DNA from: Polyangiaceae bacterium
GTDB taxonomy: Bacteria > Myxococcota_A > Polyangia > Polyangiales > Polyangiaceae
Length of the DNA: 52,054 bases
Direction of reading: 5' to 3'
NCBI GenBank assembly: GCA_044222475.1
Contig: JBGANF010000046.1
Coordinates: 1 to 52,054, forward strand
The notes beneath the pieces were generated by a model. It worked only from the letters and a program-made list of their open reading frames with translations. It did no database searches and was not told where the DNA came from. The translations under genes were made by a program, and so were the position numbers. Positions 18,224 through 27,862 of this stretch are shown piece by piece. Numbering within the stretch: the stretch's first letter is position 1; every line of letters begins with the position of its first letter.

Positions 18224-19210
18224 CTAGGCGTAGCCCTCACGGCGAAACCAGTCGAACGCGTCGCGCACCGCGACGTCGATTCCCGTCTGCGGCACGCCCA
18301 GCTCCCACACCGCTTTGCTCGCGTCCGCCGCCAGCCCGATGTCCGAGATCGCCACGGCGTCGGGCGTGAGCAGCGGCTCGCCTCCGCGCCACCCCGCGAA
18401 CGCCTGCGCGAGTCGCCCGCCGAGCCGCGCCGCAGCCTCGCCGACCGAGACGATCGGCGGTGATCGACCGAGCGCCGAGGCCGCCATCAAGGCCAGCTCC
18501 CAGAGCTCGAGATTCCGCGTACCAAGAAGGTACGTCTCGCCACGGCGCCCGTTCAGCGCCGCGAGGACGTGCCCTCGAGCCATGTCGCGCACGTCGGCGA
18601 AGTTGGACACCGTGCGAACGATCGGCACGACCGGAAGTGTCGCGATGCGCAACAGGAGGCGCCCGGTGGGCGTAGGGCGCACGTCCCCGGGACCGATCGG
18701 GCCCGTCGGCGCCACGATGACGACGTCGTCTCCGCGCGACGCCGCGAGGACCGCCACCTCGTGCGCATCGGCCTTGGTTCTCGCGTAGACGTTGCCCGTC
18801 TCGCCGAGACCGAACCCGTCCGTCTCGGTCGCGGGCCGCCCTCGCTGCGCGAAGCGCGCGATCGAGCTCGTGTGAACCACTCGCCGCACGCCGGCTCGCC
18901 GCGCGCGAGCGAGCACCGTGCGCGTGCCCTCGACGTTGACCGTCCGCATCGTCTCTGCTGCGGAGGGCGCGAGGCTGTACACCGCCGCGAGGTGAAAGAC
19001 GTGGTCCACTCCGACCAGGCCGCGGTCGAGATCGTCCGCCGAACGAACGTCCCCCTCGACGAGCTCGACGTCGACGCCCCGCAGGTTGCGCAAGTCCTCG
19101 CCGGGGCGCACGAACGCCCGGACTCGAGCGCCCTCTTCGACCAAGGCGCGCACTACGTGCGACCCGATGAACCCCGCGGCGCCGGTGACGAGCGCCTTCG
19201 CGACGATCAT
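18224..19210 (-). CDS. NAD-dependent epimerase/dehydratase (dihydroflavonol reductase/HpnA-like)
   Basis: LVTGAAGFIGSH, FHLAAVY, HTSS, YARTK; ATGA overlap with the upstream gene. Confidence 0.88.
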   Translation of the reverse strand: MIVAKALVTGAAGFIGSHVVRALVEEGARVRAFVRPGEDLRNLRGVDVELVEGDVRSADDLDRGLVGVDHVFHLAAVYSLAPSAAETMRTVNVEGTRTVLARARRAGVRRVVHTSSIARFAQRGRPATETDGFGLGETGNVYARTKADAHEVAVLAASRGDDVVIVAPTGPIGPGDVRPTPTGRLLLRIATLPVVPIVRTVSNFADVRDMARGHVLAALNGRRGETYLLGTRNLELWELALMAASALGRSPPIVSVGEAAARLGGRLAQAFAGWRGGEPLLTPDAVAISDIGLAADASKAVWELGVPQTGIDVAVRDAFDWFRREGYA

Positions 19211-19737
19211 CGGCTCGTCAGACCGAACCAGAGCACGAAGTGCTTCTTCAACCCGACGCGCAGGTACGCCTGACCGAGGAACAGCCCGTCTTGGATCTCG
19301 CGCACCTCGTCCTCGATGGCGCGAATGACGAACGGGTTCCCGGGGAGGTCGTAGTCGAGGTTGACGCACGGCGCGCCGTCATGGCGCGACGGGATGACGC
19401 TCGTCCGGAATCGGAACAACAGCACCCGATCGGAGCCGACGCGGTTCATGCCCTCGCCGGTCGTGTCGCTCCAGTGCGAGAAGCTCTTTCCTCGCCATGG
19501 AAAGGAGTCCTTCCCGGCCCACGCTCCGCCGAGCGTGCGCAGCCACGACGGCTGCGCCACGTGGAGCATCCTGCCGCGGAGGTCACCGTCGAGCGAGGGC
19601 ATCGGCGGCACGACACCCGCCGCGTACAGCGCGGCGAGCGGCTCGTGGTCGAGGCGCAAGAGGTCGTCGAGCTCGCGGACGCTCGCCTTCCTCGACGAAG
19701 TGCGCGCGGTCTCGAGCGGCTGGGCGGCTTGAGTCAT
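19207..19737 (-). CDS. Hypothetical protein
   Basis: GGAGGTGA SD before ATG 19737; conserved-looking PWRGKSF and LDYDLPGNPFVIRAIEDEVREIQDGLFLG. Confidence 0.7.
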   Translation of the reverse strand: MTQAAQPLETARTSSRKASVRELDDLLRLDHEPLAALYAAGVVPPMPSLDGDLRGRMLHVAQPSWLRTLGGAWAGKDSFPWRGKSFSHWSDTTGEGMNRVGSDRVLLFRFRTSVIPSRHDGAPCVNLDYDLPGNPFVIRAIEDEVREIQDGLFLGQAYLRVGLKKHFVLWFGLTSR

Positions 19738-19760
19738 GGATGTCACCTCCACGGGTCGAC

Positions 19761-19813
19761 GACATACGGACCCGTATGTCCATCCATGTTTCACATACGA
19801 GCTCGTATGTCAA
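19761..19813 (-). promoter_or_regulatory. Promoter with two ACATACG-N4-CGTATGT palindromic operators
   Basis: Sites at 19762-19779 and 19793-19810; perfect TTGACA on the minus strand at 19808-19813. Confidence 0.7.
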
Positions 19814-21273
19814 GCCGGCGGGCGGCGCGAAAACCAGGGTTTTTCCTTCTCGAGCTGGCTCGCGAGCCTCAGCAGGAGCGCCTCCTCGCCGAACCTCGCG
19901 ACGAACTGGACGCCGTACGGAAGGTCCGCGAAGTGCAGCGGCACCGACATGCTCGGCGTGCCGGTGAGGTTCGACAGCTGGGTGAACGGCGTCCGCTCGA
20001 GGCTCTTCTGCGCGAGCTTGTCGACGATGCCGGTCTTGAGGAGCGCCTTGCCGAGCCCCAGTCGAATCACCGACCGCACCAGCGTCTGCTCCCGCGGCGG
20101 CAGCGCGAGCTCGCCGATGCGCGCCGGCGGCTGCGCCGTCGTCGGCGTCATGTACAGATCGAAGCGCTGGTGAAAGCGCCCGAGCGCCCGCGTGAAGTCG
20201 TTCCAGGCCTTTCGCGCGAGGACGTATTCTCCCGCCGACACGCTGCGCCCGAGGAGCGCCAGCGCGCGCGTGTCGAGCTCGAACTCGGAGTCGGTCGCGC
20301 CCGTCTTGGCCTTCGCGTCCGCGACGCTCGCCGCCACTTGGCCGAAGTACATCGTCACGTAGCTCCGCGCGAGCGCCGCGCCGTCCACGTCGGGGGCGGC
20401 CTCCTCCACGTGGTGCCCGAGGTGCTCGAGGAGCTTCGCCGCCTCGCGCACCGCGCGGACGCACTCGGGGTGAACGTCGCCGCCGACCGGGTTCGCGAGC
20501 GAGAACCCGATGCGCAGCTTGCCCGGGTCGCGCCCGACCTCGTCCGCGAAGGGGCGCTCGGGAGGAGGGATCGCGAACGGGGCACCGACGTCGGGGCCGT
20601 GGATCGCGTCGAGGAGTCGTGCCGAGTCGCGCACGCTGCGCGTCAACGCGTGCTCGCTCGATGCGCCCTCCCAGATCTCGCCGCGCGGCGCGGACGAAAC
20701 TCGTCCCCGACTGGGACGAAGCCCGAAGAGCCCGCAGTACGACGCCGGGATGCGGATCGAGCCTCCGCCGTCCGACGCGCCAGCCGCCGGTACGATCCCG
20801 GAGGCGACCGCCGCGGCCGCGCCGCCCGACGACCCTCCCGGCGTGCGCTCGGTGTCCCACGGGTTGCGCGTGGCGCCGAACAGCTCGGTCTCGGTGATCG
20901 CCTTGAGCGCGAACTCCGGCGTCGCGGTCTTGCCGAAGATCACGAGGCCCGCGTCGAGGAAGCGCTTCACCGCTTCGGAGTGCGCCGCCGGGCGATGGTT
21001 TCGCAGCGCGCGGCTGCCCGACGTCGACGGGACGCCCGCGTAGTCCTGCTGGATGTCCTTGATGAGGAAGGGCACTCCGGCGAACGGCCCCGCGAGCTTC
21101 TCGCCGACGCGCGCGCGGGCGATGTCGTGCATCGGGATGACGACCGCGTTGATCTTCGGGTTCACCGCCTCGGCGCGCGACAGCGCCGCCGCGAGCAGCT
21201 CCTCGGGAGAGACCTTCTTCTTTTGGACGAGCTCGGCGAGCGACGTCGCGTCGTGTTCGATGTAGTCACGCAT
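19810..21273 (-). CDS. Amidase (amidase signature family)
   Basis: GVPFLIKD, TPGGSSGGAAAAV, SDGGGSIRIPASYCG. Confidence 0.95.
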   Translation of the reverse strand: MRDYIEHDATSLAELVQKKKVSPEELLAAALSRAEAVNPKINAVVIPMHDIARARVGEKLAGPFAGVPFLIKDIQQDYAGVPSTSGSRALRNHRPAAHSEAVKRFLDAGLVIFGKTATPEFALKAITETELFGATRNPWDTERTPGGSSGGAAAAVASGIVPAAGASDGGGSIRIPASYCGLFGLRPSRGRVSSAPRGEIWEGASSEHALTRSVRDSARLLDAIHGPDVGAPFAIPPPERPFADEVGRDPGKLRIGFSLANPVGGDVHPECVRAVREAAKLLEHLGHHVEEAAPDVDGAALARSYVTMYFGQVAASVADAKAKTGATDSEFELDTRALALLGRSVSAGEYVLARKAWNDFTRALGRFHQRFDLYMTPTTAQPPARIGELALPPREQTLVRSVIRLGLGKALLKTGIVDKLAQKSLERTPFTQLSNLTGTPSMSVPLHFADLPYGVQFVARFGEEALLLRLASQLEKEKPWFSRRPPA

Positions 21274-21327
21274 GGGAGGGGGCGCACTGTACCAGCTGCG
21301 CGCCGCGAGCGCCTCCGAGGCCGTGGC

Positions 21328-22203
21328 TCAGGCGGCGATCTTCTGCGCGGCAAACGCCTCGTCGATCATGCGCTCGCTCCAGGTCCAGAGCTCCTTCGCG
21401 AGCTTCTCGTCGTCGGCGAGCGGGTTCGCCTTCGCCTCGCGGCTCTTGACGAAGTAGCGGCCCGTGACCGTCGCGAGCTCCGGCGCGGTCGCGCAGTGGA
21501 CCGACGTCGCCGCTCCCTCCTCGTTGCTGATCATGAACAGCTTCACGACGGGCTGAACGAACGACGGCAGGCTCCTCCACGCATCGGACGCCACGACACC
21601 AGGGTGAAGCGCGTACGTCGTGATCTTGGTCGCGGCCTCGCGCCGAGCGAGCTCCTTTGCGTGCAGGATGTTCATCAACTTGGAGACGCCGTAGAGCCGC
21701 AGGCGCTCGGGCGCGCTCCGTCCCGCGCGCCGCGCGGACTCGAGCTCGATGCCCTTGGCGCGGAGGTTGGCGCGGCTCGACACGTTCACGATGCGTCCCT
21801 GCTTCGCCTCGCGCAGACGCGGGAGCAGGAGGTTCGTGAAGAGGAACGGACCGAGGTGGTTCGTGCCGATCGTGATCTCGAACCCGTCCTTCGTCAGGCC
21901 CGGCGCGTTCGCGAGGCCCGCGTTGTTGACGAGCACGTCGAGCGCGCGCCCGCTCGCGAGGTACTCCTCGGCGGCGCGCTTCGTCGCCGCGAGATCCGCG
22001 AGGTCGAGCTTCAAGAAGTGAACGTCGGCCCCTTCGATCGACGCCCGCAGCTCGGCGACGACCGGCTTGGTCTTCTCCTCCGAACGGGCCGCGAGGACGA
22101 CCGTGCCGCCGCGCGCGGCGAGGGCTGCCGCCGTCGCCTTGCCGATGCCGACGTTTGCCCCAGTGACGAGATAGGTCTTGCCCTCGAGATCGCGCTTGCT
22201 CAT
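21328..22203 (-). CDS. Short-chain dehydrogenase/reductase (retinol dehydrogenase-like)
   Basis: VTGANVGIG, NNAG, TNHLGPFLFT, YGVSK, LHPGVV. Confidence 0.9.
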   Translation of the reverse strand: MSKRDLEGKTYLVTGANVGIGKATAAALAARGGTVVLAARSEEKTKPVVAELRASIEGADVHFLKLDLADLAATKRAAEEYLASGRALDVLVNNAGLANAPGLTKDGFEITIGTNHLGPFLFTNLLLPRLREAKQGRIVNVSSRANLRAKGIELESARRAGRSAPERLRLYGVSKLMNILHAKELARREAATKITTYALHPGVVASDAWRSLPSFVQPVVKLFMISNEEGAATSVHCATAPELATVTGRYFVKSREAKANPLADDEKLAKELWTWSERMIDEAFAAQKIAA

Positions 22204-22327
22204 GGGCGCCCAACGTGAGTCGTCGAGGCGAGCACCGCTACTCGCGTTTGGCCTTCGCCTCGAAAGCCCCGATCCGCGCGCCGAAGCCTCGCGCGAGCGC
22301 CCCCGTCCGGGCGGTCGCTCGCATTCT

Positions 22328-23023
22328 TCAGCGCGCGAGGCGAGCCCGGATCCGGCTTCGGACGCCTTCTCCGGTCCAGAGCGGCTCGAGGCGCTCCTCG
22401 AAATCGCGCTGCTCCTCGGCGACGTCGAACGTGCCACGCCGGAGGACGAGCTTCGTGTGGGAGTACACGTCGCGCGGGTGCGACGCGAGGAGGGCGAGCC
22501 GCTCCTCGGCGCGTGCCCGCGCGTTCGGCACCGCTTCGTCGACGAGGCCCAGGCGAGCGGCTTCTTTCGGCTCGAAGAGCTCGGCGCCGAGGACGACGCG
22601 CTCGAGCGCCGCCGGCCGGACGGCTCGGCGCACCATCGCGAGGATCCTCGGCGGGAAGGGGAGCCCGAGCGCCGTCTCGTTGAGACCGATGCGGATCTTC
22701 GGGTCGTCCTCGGCGATCGACTCGTCGCAGCAAAGCGCGACGACGCAGCCGCCGGCGATCGCGTGACCATTGACCCACGCGACGGTCGGTGCAGGATACA
22801 AATAAAGCGCCTCGACCAGACGATCGAGCGTGGCGAGGAAGGTGCGCATCCCCGCGCGATCGAGCGAGGCGACCTCCTTCAGGTTGAGCCCGGCCGAGAA
22901 CGCGTCGCCGGCTCCGGTGATCAGCAGCGGTTCGCCGTTCGCGCGCGCGATGCCTGCGATCAGCGCCTCCATCGAGGCGAGCGAGAGAGCGTTCTTGCCG
23001 GGGGCGTCGATGCGGAGCTCCAT
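22328..23023 (-). CDS. Enoyl-CoA hydratase/isomerase family protein
   Basis: FSAGLNL, VNGHAIAGG, IGLNETALG. Confidence 0.9.
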   Translation of the reverse strand: MELRIDAPGKNALSLASMEALIAGIARANGEPLLITGAGDAFSAGLNLKEVASLDRAGMRTFLATLDRLVEALYLYPAPTVAWVNGHAIAGGCVVALCCDESIAEDDPKIRIGLNETALGLPFPPRILAMVRRAVRPAALERVVLGAELFEPKEAARLGLVDEAVPNARARAEERLALLASHPRDVYSHTKLVLRRGTFDVAEEQRDFEERLEPLWTGEGVRSRIRARLAR

Positions 23024-23039
23024 GAGAGGAACTGTACCC

Positions 23040-23741
23040 TCAGTCCCGGTAGGGCCCCTGGGGAATGCGCCGCTTCGCGTTCGCGAGAGCCTCGTTGAAG
23101 CGGTAGCACGCGTACTCGAGCGACGGCTGATCGTCGACGTCGAGCGAGAGCTGCTTCTTCGTGCCTTCGGCGAGGTTCGCTTCGATGAAATACGCGAGGC
23201 GCTCGCTGCGCTTCGTGGTCTGCACCTTCGACCCCACCGTGAAGGAGTCGATCGCGTCGACGGGGAGGTCGACGTTGCCGCGCTTCGGGATGGGGCCGCT
23301 GCCGAAGGTCAGCCGACCGTTCTCGATGCGGAGGCGCGTCGTGTTGAAGAGCTTCACGAGCACGCCGTACGTCATCGCGACGCCCACGCCGAGGTGAAGG
23401 AGCCCGAAGAGCGCCATCGGCCAGATGCCCCCGGTGATCGCGATCGTGTACCAGACGATCATGAAGCCGTCCCAGAACAGCGCGAAGAACAGCATCGGCA
23501 ACGCCGCGAGCCGGCTCGGCGCGATCGCCGCGGCGTACCTCGAGTCGGTCGTCTCTTCGACGATGCGGAAGTCCTCGGGCCGGTAGACCACCGCGGCGGC
23601 GGTCGGCGCGACGAACGGTCCGGCGCCGGCGGAGGGCAGCGGCACGATCTCGCCACACGGTCGGCACACGCCGATCCCACGGCGGAGGTCGATGTCGGCC
23701 CCGCTGACCGCCACGCCACACCTCGGACACAGGAGCTGCAT
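23040..23741 (-). CDS. Hypothetical membrane protein with N-terminal zinc ribbon
   Basis: LCPRCG...VCRPCG followed by two TM helices. Confidence 0.7.
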   Translation of the reverse strand: MQLLCPRCGVAVSGADIDLRRGIGVCRPCGEIVPLPSAGAGPFVAPTAAAVVYRPEDFRIVEETTDSRYAAAIAPSRLAALPMLFFALFWDGFMIVWYTIAITGGIWPMALFGLLHLGVGVAMTYGVLVKLFNTTRLRIENGRLTFGSGPIPKRGNVDLPVDAIDSFTVGSKVQTTKRSERLAYFIEANLAEGTKKQLSLDVDDQPSLEYACYRFNEALANAKRRIPQGPYRD

Positions 23742-23755
23742 CGTCGGAGCGTAGC

Positions 23756-24490
23756 TCAAACGCCTTCGGCGGCGACCCACCGCGGCGTCTCGTTCGCGGC
23801 CGGCCTGCCGACGAGGAGCTCGTGAGGCCGATACCGACCTTTGTACTCGAGCGACGCGCACCCTTCGACGCGATAGCCGAGGTACACGTGAGCCAGTCCG
23901 ACGCGCTTCGCATCGGCGATCAGCTGGACCACGTTGGCCACGCCCAGCGAGCCGTACGCCGGGTCGAAGAAGAAGTAGACCGCGGACAGCGCGGACGGCG
24001 TCTCGTCGACGAGGCCGAGCCCGACGAGCTTGCCGCCGCGCTCGTCGTCGTGGAACGCCACCTCGCGCGCGCAGGGGTGAGGGAAAGCGAACTCGATGCG
24101 GTACTTCTCGTGATCGAGCTCGCTCACGTCCCAGCCGCGCGCGCCCTCCCGCTCCTCGTGCCACTTCGCGTAGAGCTCGAGCCGCTCCTCGTCGACGCGC
24201 GGGCGACCCCACGTGCGCCGGAGCTTTGCGTGGGTCCTCACCGCTCGGCGTTGGCTCTTGGACGGAGCAAACGTCGACGTGGGGACGCGCAGGGTCACGC
24301 ATCGCATGCAGTCTGCACACATCGGGCGGAAGTAGCAGGGACCGAAGCGCCGCCACCCGCGCACCATCATCGACTCGTACTCGTCGGCGGTGACGTCGAG
24401 CATGACGTTCGTCTCCAGCGACGCGCTCTCGCGCGGGAGGTAGACGCACGGGTGCGGGGGATCGACGATGCGCTGAAGGAGACGCGCCAC
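23756..24490 (-). CDS. Arginyl-tRNA-protein transferase family (bacterial Bpt/Ate)
   Basis: HPCVYLP, GWRRFG..FRPMCADC, SKSQRR, LSAVYFFFDP, YLGYRVEGCASLEYKGRYRPHE. Confidence 0.9.
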   Translation of the reverse strand: MARLLQRIVDPPHPCVYLPRESASLETNVMLDVTADEYESMMVRGWRRFGPCYFRPMCADCMRCVTLRVPTSTFAPSKSQRRAVRTHAKLRRTWGRPRVDEERLELYAKWHEEREGARGWDVSELDHEKYRIEFAFPHPCAREVAFHDDERGGKLVGLGLVDETPSALSAVYFFFDPAYGSLGVANVVQLIADAKRVGLAHVYLGYRVEGCASLEYKGRYRPHELLVGRPAANETPRWVAAEGV

Positions 24491-25195
24491 TCAGCCGTCG
24501 CCGTAGACCGGGATGAGCGCGCCGCTCGTCACCGGGAGGTGTCCGTCGAGGAGTGACACGATCGTCGTCGCGATCAGCTCGGGCTTCACCCACTTGCTGA
24601 AGTCGGCGTTCGGCATCGATGCGCGGTTCGCTCGCGTGTCGATCGTGCTCGGGAGCACGGCGTTCACCGTCAGCCCAGTGCCCTTGAGCTCCTCCCCGAG
24701 CCCGCGCACCATCGCGTGGAGGGCGGCCTTCGAGGCCCCGTAGACGATCGTCTTCGCGCCGGGCTCGAGCCCGCCCTTCGAGCCGATGGCGACGATCGCG
24801 CCGCGCTTCAGCGGCTTCATCGCGCGGACGGCCTCGCGGGCGAACAAGAAGAAGCTCTTCGCGTTGAGAGCCATCTGGCCGTCCCACGTGGCGACGGTCG
24901 TCTCCTCGATCGCGCCCATCGCGAAGCCGCCGGCGACGTGGACGAGCCCGTCGAGCCGCCCGCGATCCCGCGCGACGGTCGCGAAGAGCTCGCGCACGCT
25001 CGCCTCGTCGGTGACGTCGGTGCGGTGGAGGGAGTAGCGGCCTTTCGACGCAGCGAACGCCTCGTCGAAGCGCGTCACCTCGGCGTCCATGACGTACGTG
25101 CCGACGACGAACGCGCCAGCTTCCATGAGCGCCCCACAGACTGCGCTGCCGAGGGCGCCGGTGGCGCCGGTGACGACGACGACGTGATCCTTCAT
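24491..25195 (-). CDS. Short-chain dehydrogenase/reductase
   Basis: VTGATGALG, YGASK, VNAVLPSTIDTRANR. Confidence 0.88.
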   Translation of the reverse strand: MKDHVVVVTGATGALGSAVCGALMEAGAFVVGTYVMDAEVTRFDEAFAASKGRYSLHRTDVTDEASVRELFATVARDRGRLDGLVHVAGGFAMGAIEETTVATWDGQMALNAKSFFLFAREAVRAMKPLKRGAIVAIGSKGGLEPGAKTIVYGASKAALHAMVRGLGEELKGTGLTVNAVLPSTIDTRANRASMPNADFSKWVKPELIATTIVSLLDGHLPVTSGALIPVYGDG

Positions 25196-25620
25196 CGCTT
25201 GCCTTTCTTCGGTGCCGCAGCCTTCTTCGGCTTCTTCGATGCAGCCGCCTTCGCCGGCGTGGCAGCGCTCTTCTTCTTCGTCGCCTTCGCGGGGAGCTTT
25301 TGCACGAGCGGGAACGCGTCCGCGACGAACCGCGCGAGCGCCTTGGCGTCGCCGGCCACCTTCGAGGGCAACACCCACCAGTCCTTCATGAGTCGGCCGT
25401 TCTTCATCGGATCGAACGCGGTCGCGCCGGCGGGTACCTTCGACTTCAGGTCGCCGGGGAGCCGCACGACGACGTTCTCCTCGTGGAGACCGATGAAGAA
25501 GTTGCCCCGCACGAAGCACGCGGCGTAGCCGAACATGCGCTTGCGCTCGGCGTCGGGGTGGGACGGAAGGGCGTCGAGGAACCTCGCCTCGAGGGCGGGA
25601 GAGGACTTGGACCAGGCCAT
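25192..25620 (-). CDS. TfoX N-terminal domain protein with Lys/Ala-rich tail
   Basis: RKRMFGYAACFVRGNFF...FDPMKNGRLMKDW. Confidence 0.75.
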   Translation of the reverse strand: MAWSKSSPALEARFLDALPSHPDAERKRMFGYAACFVRGNFFIGLHEENVVVRLPGDLKSKVPAGATAFDPMKNGRLMKDWWVLPSKVAGDAKALARFVADAFPLVQKLPAKATKKKSAATPAKAAASKKPKKAAAPKKGKR

Positions 25621-25639
25621 GGACGGGCGTAAGGGTAAC

Positions 25640-27322
25640 ATGATGATCGCGCCCCGCCGCCTCGTCCTCGCGCTTTCCGTTCTCGCGTTCGGTTGTCACT
25701 CCGCGACCACGGCGACTCCACCACCGGTACCCACCACCTCCTCGAGCGCCATGACCAGCACGCTCCCACCCGGTCCCGAAGGTCGCGCTCGCGCGCTCGT
25801 CCTCGACCTCGCGCGCGGCGACTGGGCGCACGACGGCGTGACGTTCGACGCCGCGATGTCGGCCGCGATGCCCGACGCGAAGCTCCACGACTTGTGGGAC
25901 ACGCTGCAAGCCGCCGGCGGGAAGTTCCAGTCCATCGAGTCGGCCGAGGTGCAGGACAAGGCGACGGCGAAGGTCGTGCTCCTGACGCTGAAGTTCGAGC
26001 GCTTGCGCAAGGTGTTCCGCGTCGCGATCGACAAGGACGAGCACGTGATGGGGCTCTTCTACGGTCCCGTCAGCGCCGACCTCGAGGCGAAGACGAAGGC
26101 CCTGCTGGAGGCGGTGACCAAGGGCGACTTCGCGCTCGCCTCGAAGGACTTCGGTCAGGTCATGAAGGACGCGCTCCCGCCGGCGAAGTTCGCGCCCACC
26201 TGGCAGGCGATCGAAGCGCGCGCCGGCAAGTGGCAAGCGATCGAGTCGTTCGAGCTCACGCCCGCGGGCACGGCGTGGTCCGCCCGGGCGACCTCGCGGT
26301 TCGAGCGCGACAAGCTCGTCGTCGAGGTCGTGTTCGACGGACGCGACGAGGTCATCGGGTTGTTCGCGAAGGCGCCGCCGGTCGCGTGGTCGGCGCCCCC
26401 GTACGCGACCGCGGATCAATTCACCGAGCGCGACGTCACCGTCTCGGGGGCGGGCACGGCGCCAGCGTTGCCGGGCACCCTCACGCTCCCCAAAGCCTCG
26501 GGTCTGGTGCCAGCGGTCGTGCTCGTCCACGGCTCCGGCCCGAACGACCGCGACGAGACCGTCGGCGCGACCAAGGTCTTCAAGGATCTCGCGTGGGGCC
26601 TCGCGAGCAAGGGCATCGCCGTCCTCCGCTACGAGAAGCGCACCCGCGTCGCGCCGGCGGGCGTCGTCACCCAACGGGACGAAGTCGAGATCGCCGCGCA
26701 CGACGCCATCGAGCTCCTGAAGAAGACGCCCGAGGTCGATCCCAAGCGCATCTTCCTCCTCGGCCACAGCCAGGGCGGATACCTCGCACCACGCATCGCG
26801 CAAGCGAACGCGGCGAGCCTCGCTGGCGTGGTCTTCCTCGCCGGCTCGACGCGCTCGCTCCAGGACTCGATCCTGGCGCAGTTCGGCTACTTCCGCGCCC
26901 TGAACCCCAAGGAGCCTTCGCTCGCGACCATGGTGGACGCGGCCGCCGCGTTCAAGAAGAACGTCGAAGATCCCAAGTTGGGACCGGACGAAGACGTCGC
27001 CCTCCCGACCGGAGGCTCGGTGAAGGGCGCCTACTTCCTCGACGTGCGCGGCTACGATCCGCCGGCGGTCGCCAACGCGCTGACGATGCGCATCTTGGTT
27101 CTCCAGGGCGAGCGCGACTATCAGGTCACGCTGAAGGAAGACTTCGACGGCTGGAAGAAGAAGCTCGGGACGAAGAAGAACGTCACGTTCCACACCTACC
27201 CGGCGCTCAACCACCTCTTCGTCGCCGGGGTGGGCGTGTCCCAGCCGGCCGAGTACGAGGCGCCTGGTCACGTCGACGCGGCTGTCGTCGCCGACATCGT
27301 GTCGTGGGTTTCTGCTCGCTGA
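25640..27322 (+). CDS. Lipoprotein alpha/beta hydrolase with DUF3887-like N-terminal repeats
   Basis: Lipobox LAFGC; VHGSGPNDRDE, LGHSQGG nucleophile, QGERDYQV, LNHLF. Confidence 0.85.
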   Translation: MMIAPRRLVLALSVLAFGCHSATTATPPPVPTTSSSAMTSTLPPGPEGRARALVLDLARGDWAHDGVTFDAAMSAAMPDAKLHDLWDTLQAAGGKFQSIESAEVQDKATAKVVLLTLKFERLRKVFRVAIDKDEHVMGLFYGPVSADLEAKTKALLEAVTKGDFALASKDFGQVMKDALPPAKFAPTWQAIEARAGKWQAIESFELTPAGTAWSARATSRFERDKLVVEVVFDGRDEVIGLFAKAPPVAWSAPPYATADQFTERDVTVSGAGTAPALPGTLTLPKASGLVPAVVLVHGSGPNDRDETVGATKVFKDLAWGLASKGIAVLRYEKRTRVAPAGVVTQRDEVEIAAHDAIELLKKTPEVDPKRIFLLGHSQGGYLAPRIAQANAASLAGVVFLAGSTRSLQDSILAQFGYFRALNPKEPSLATMVDAAAAFKKNVEDPKLGPDEDVALPTGGSVKGAYFLDVRGYDPPAVANALTMRILVLQGERDYQVTLKEDFDGWKKKLGTKKNVTFHTYPALNHLFVAGVGVSQPAEYEAPGHVDAAVVADIVSWVSAR

Positions 27323-27442
27323 TTGCGCGGTTTCGCCCGAGTGCACGCGGAAATGGACGACAGAGTGTCGTAATCGACGATCGGCGCGCTCGACACCCGC
27401 CCCACTCGTCGGCCGCGTCGAAATCCAGCCAGAATCCAGCGG

Positions 27443-27457
27443 TGGCATTCGATTTGC
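27443..27457 (+). promoter_or_regulatory. Sigma54 (-24/-12) promoter
   Basis: TGGCATTCGATTTGC with GG-N10-GC spacing, 15 nt before the ATG at 27473. Confidence 0.75.
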
Positions 27458-27472
27458 TCTGGTGGGGAACGG

Positions 27473-27862
27473 ATGGACCCCCGACCGAGCAAGGTCACCG
27501 TCGTCGTCGTCTCGCCCAGCGCGGCGACGCGCGATCCGCTGCTCGACTACTTCCGTGAAGCCGGGGTGACCGCCCACGGCGTCGGAGGCGCGAAGGACAT
27601 CTCGCGCGCGTGCCGCTCCGCGAGCGCGCTCGTCGTGTTCCCCGACGAGCTCGAGCATCCGCTCGTCGTCTCGCAGCTCGAGGCCGCCCGCGCCGCTCGT
27701 CCCGACGTGTTGTTCCTTCTGGTGACCGGCTCTCCGCAGCGCTTCGCCGCCTGCGCCGGCAAGAAGGGCGACTCCGTCCTTCCTCGGGTGCTCGCCAAGC
27801 CGGTCTTCGGTTGGACGCTCCTCGACGCGATTCGCGCCCACGTCGGCGAGGCCGCGCCATGA
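27473..27862 (+). CDS. Atypical stand-alone receiver-like protein
   Basis: Receiver-like pattern (VVVV, LVVFPD, LLVTG, LAKP) without the acidic DD pocket. Confidence 0.55.
   Translation: MDPRPSKVTVVVVSPSAATRDPLLDYFREAGVTAHGVGGAKDISRACRSASALVVFPDELEHPLVVSQLEAARAARPDVLFLLVTGSPQRFAACAGKKGDSVLPRVLAKPVFGWTLLDAIRAHVGEAAP

Noticed and set aside
24491..27841. 1116-aa minus-strand ORF
   Set aside because: Antisense to the hydrolase, typical of high-GC DNA; only 24491-25195 encodes an SDR
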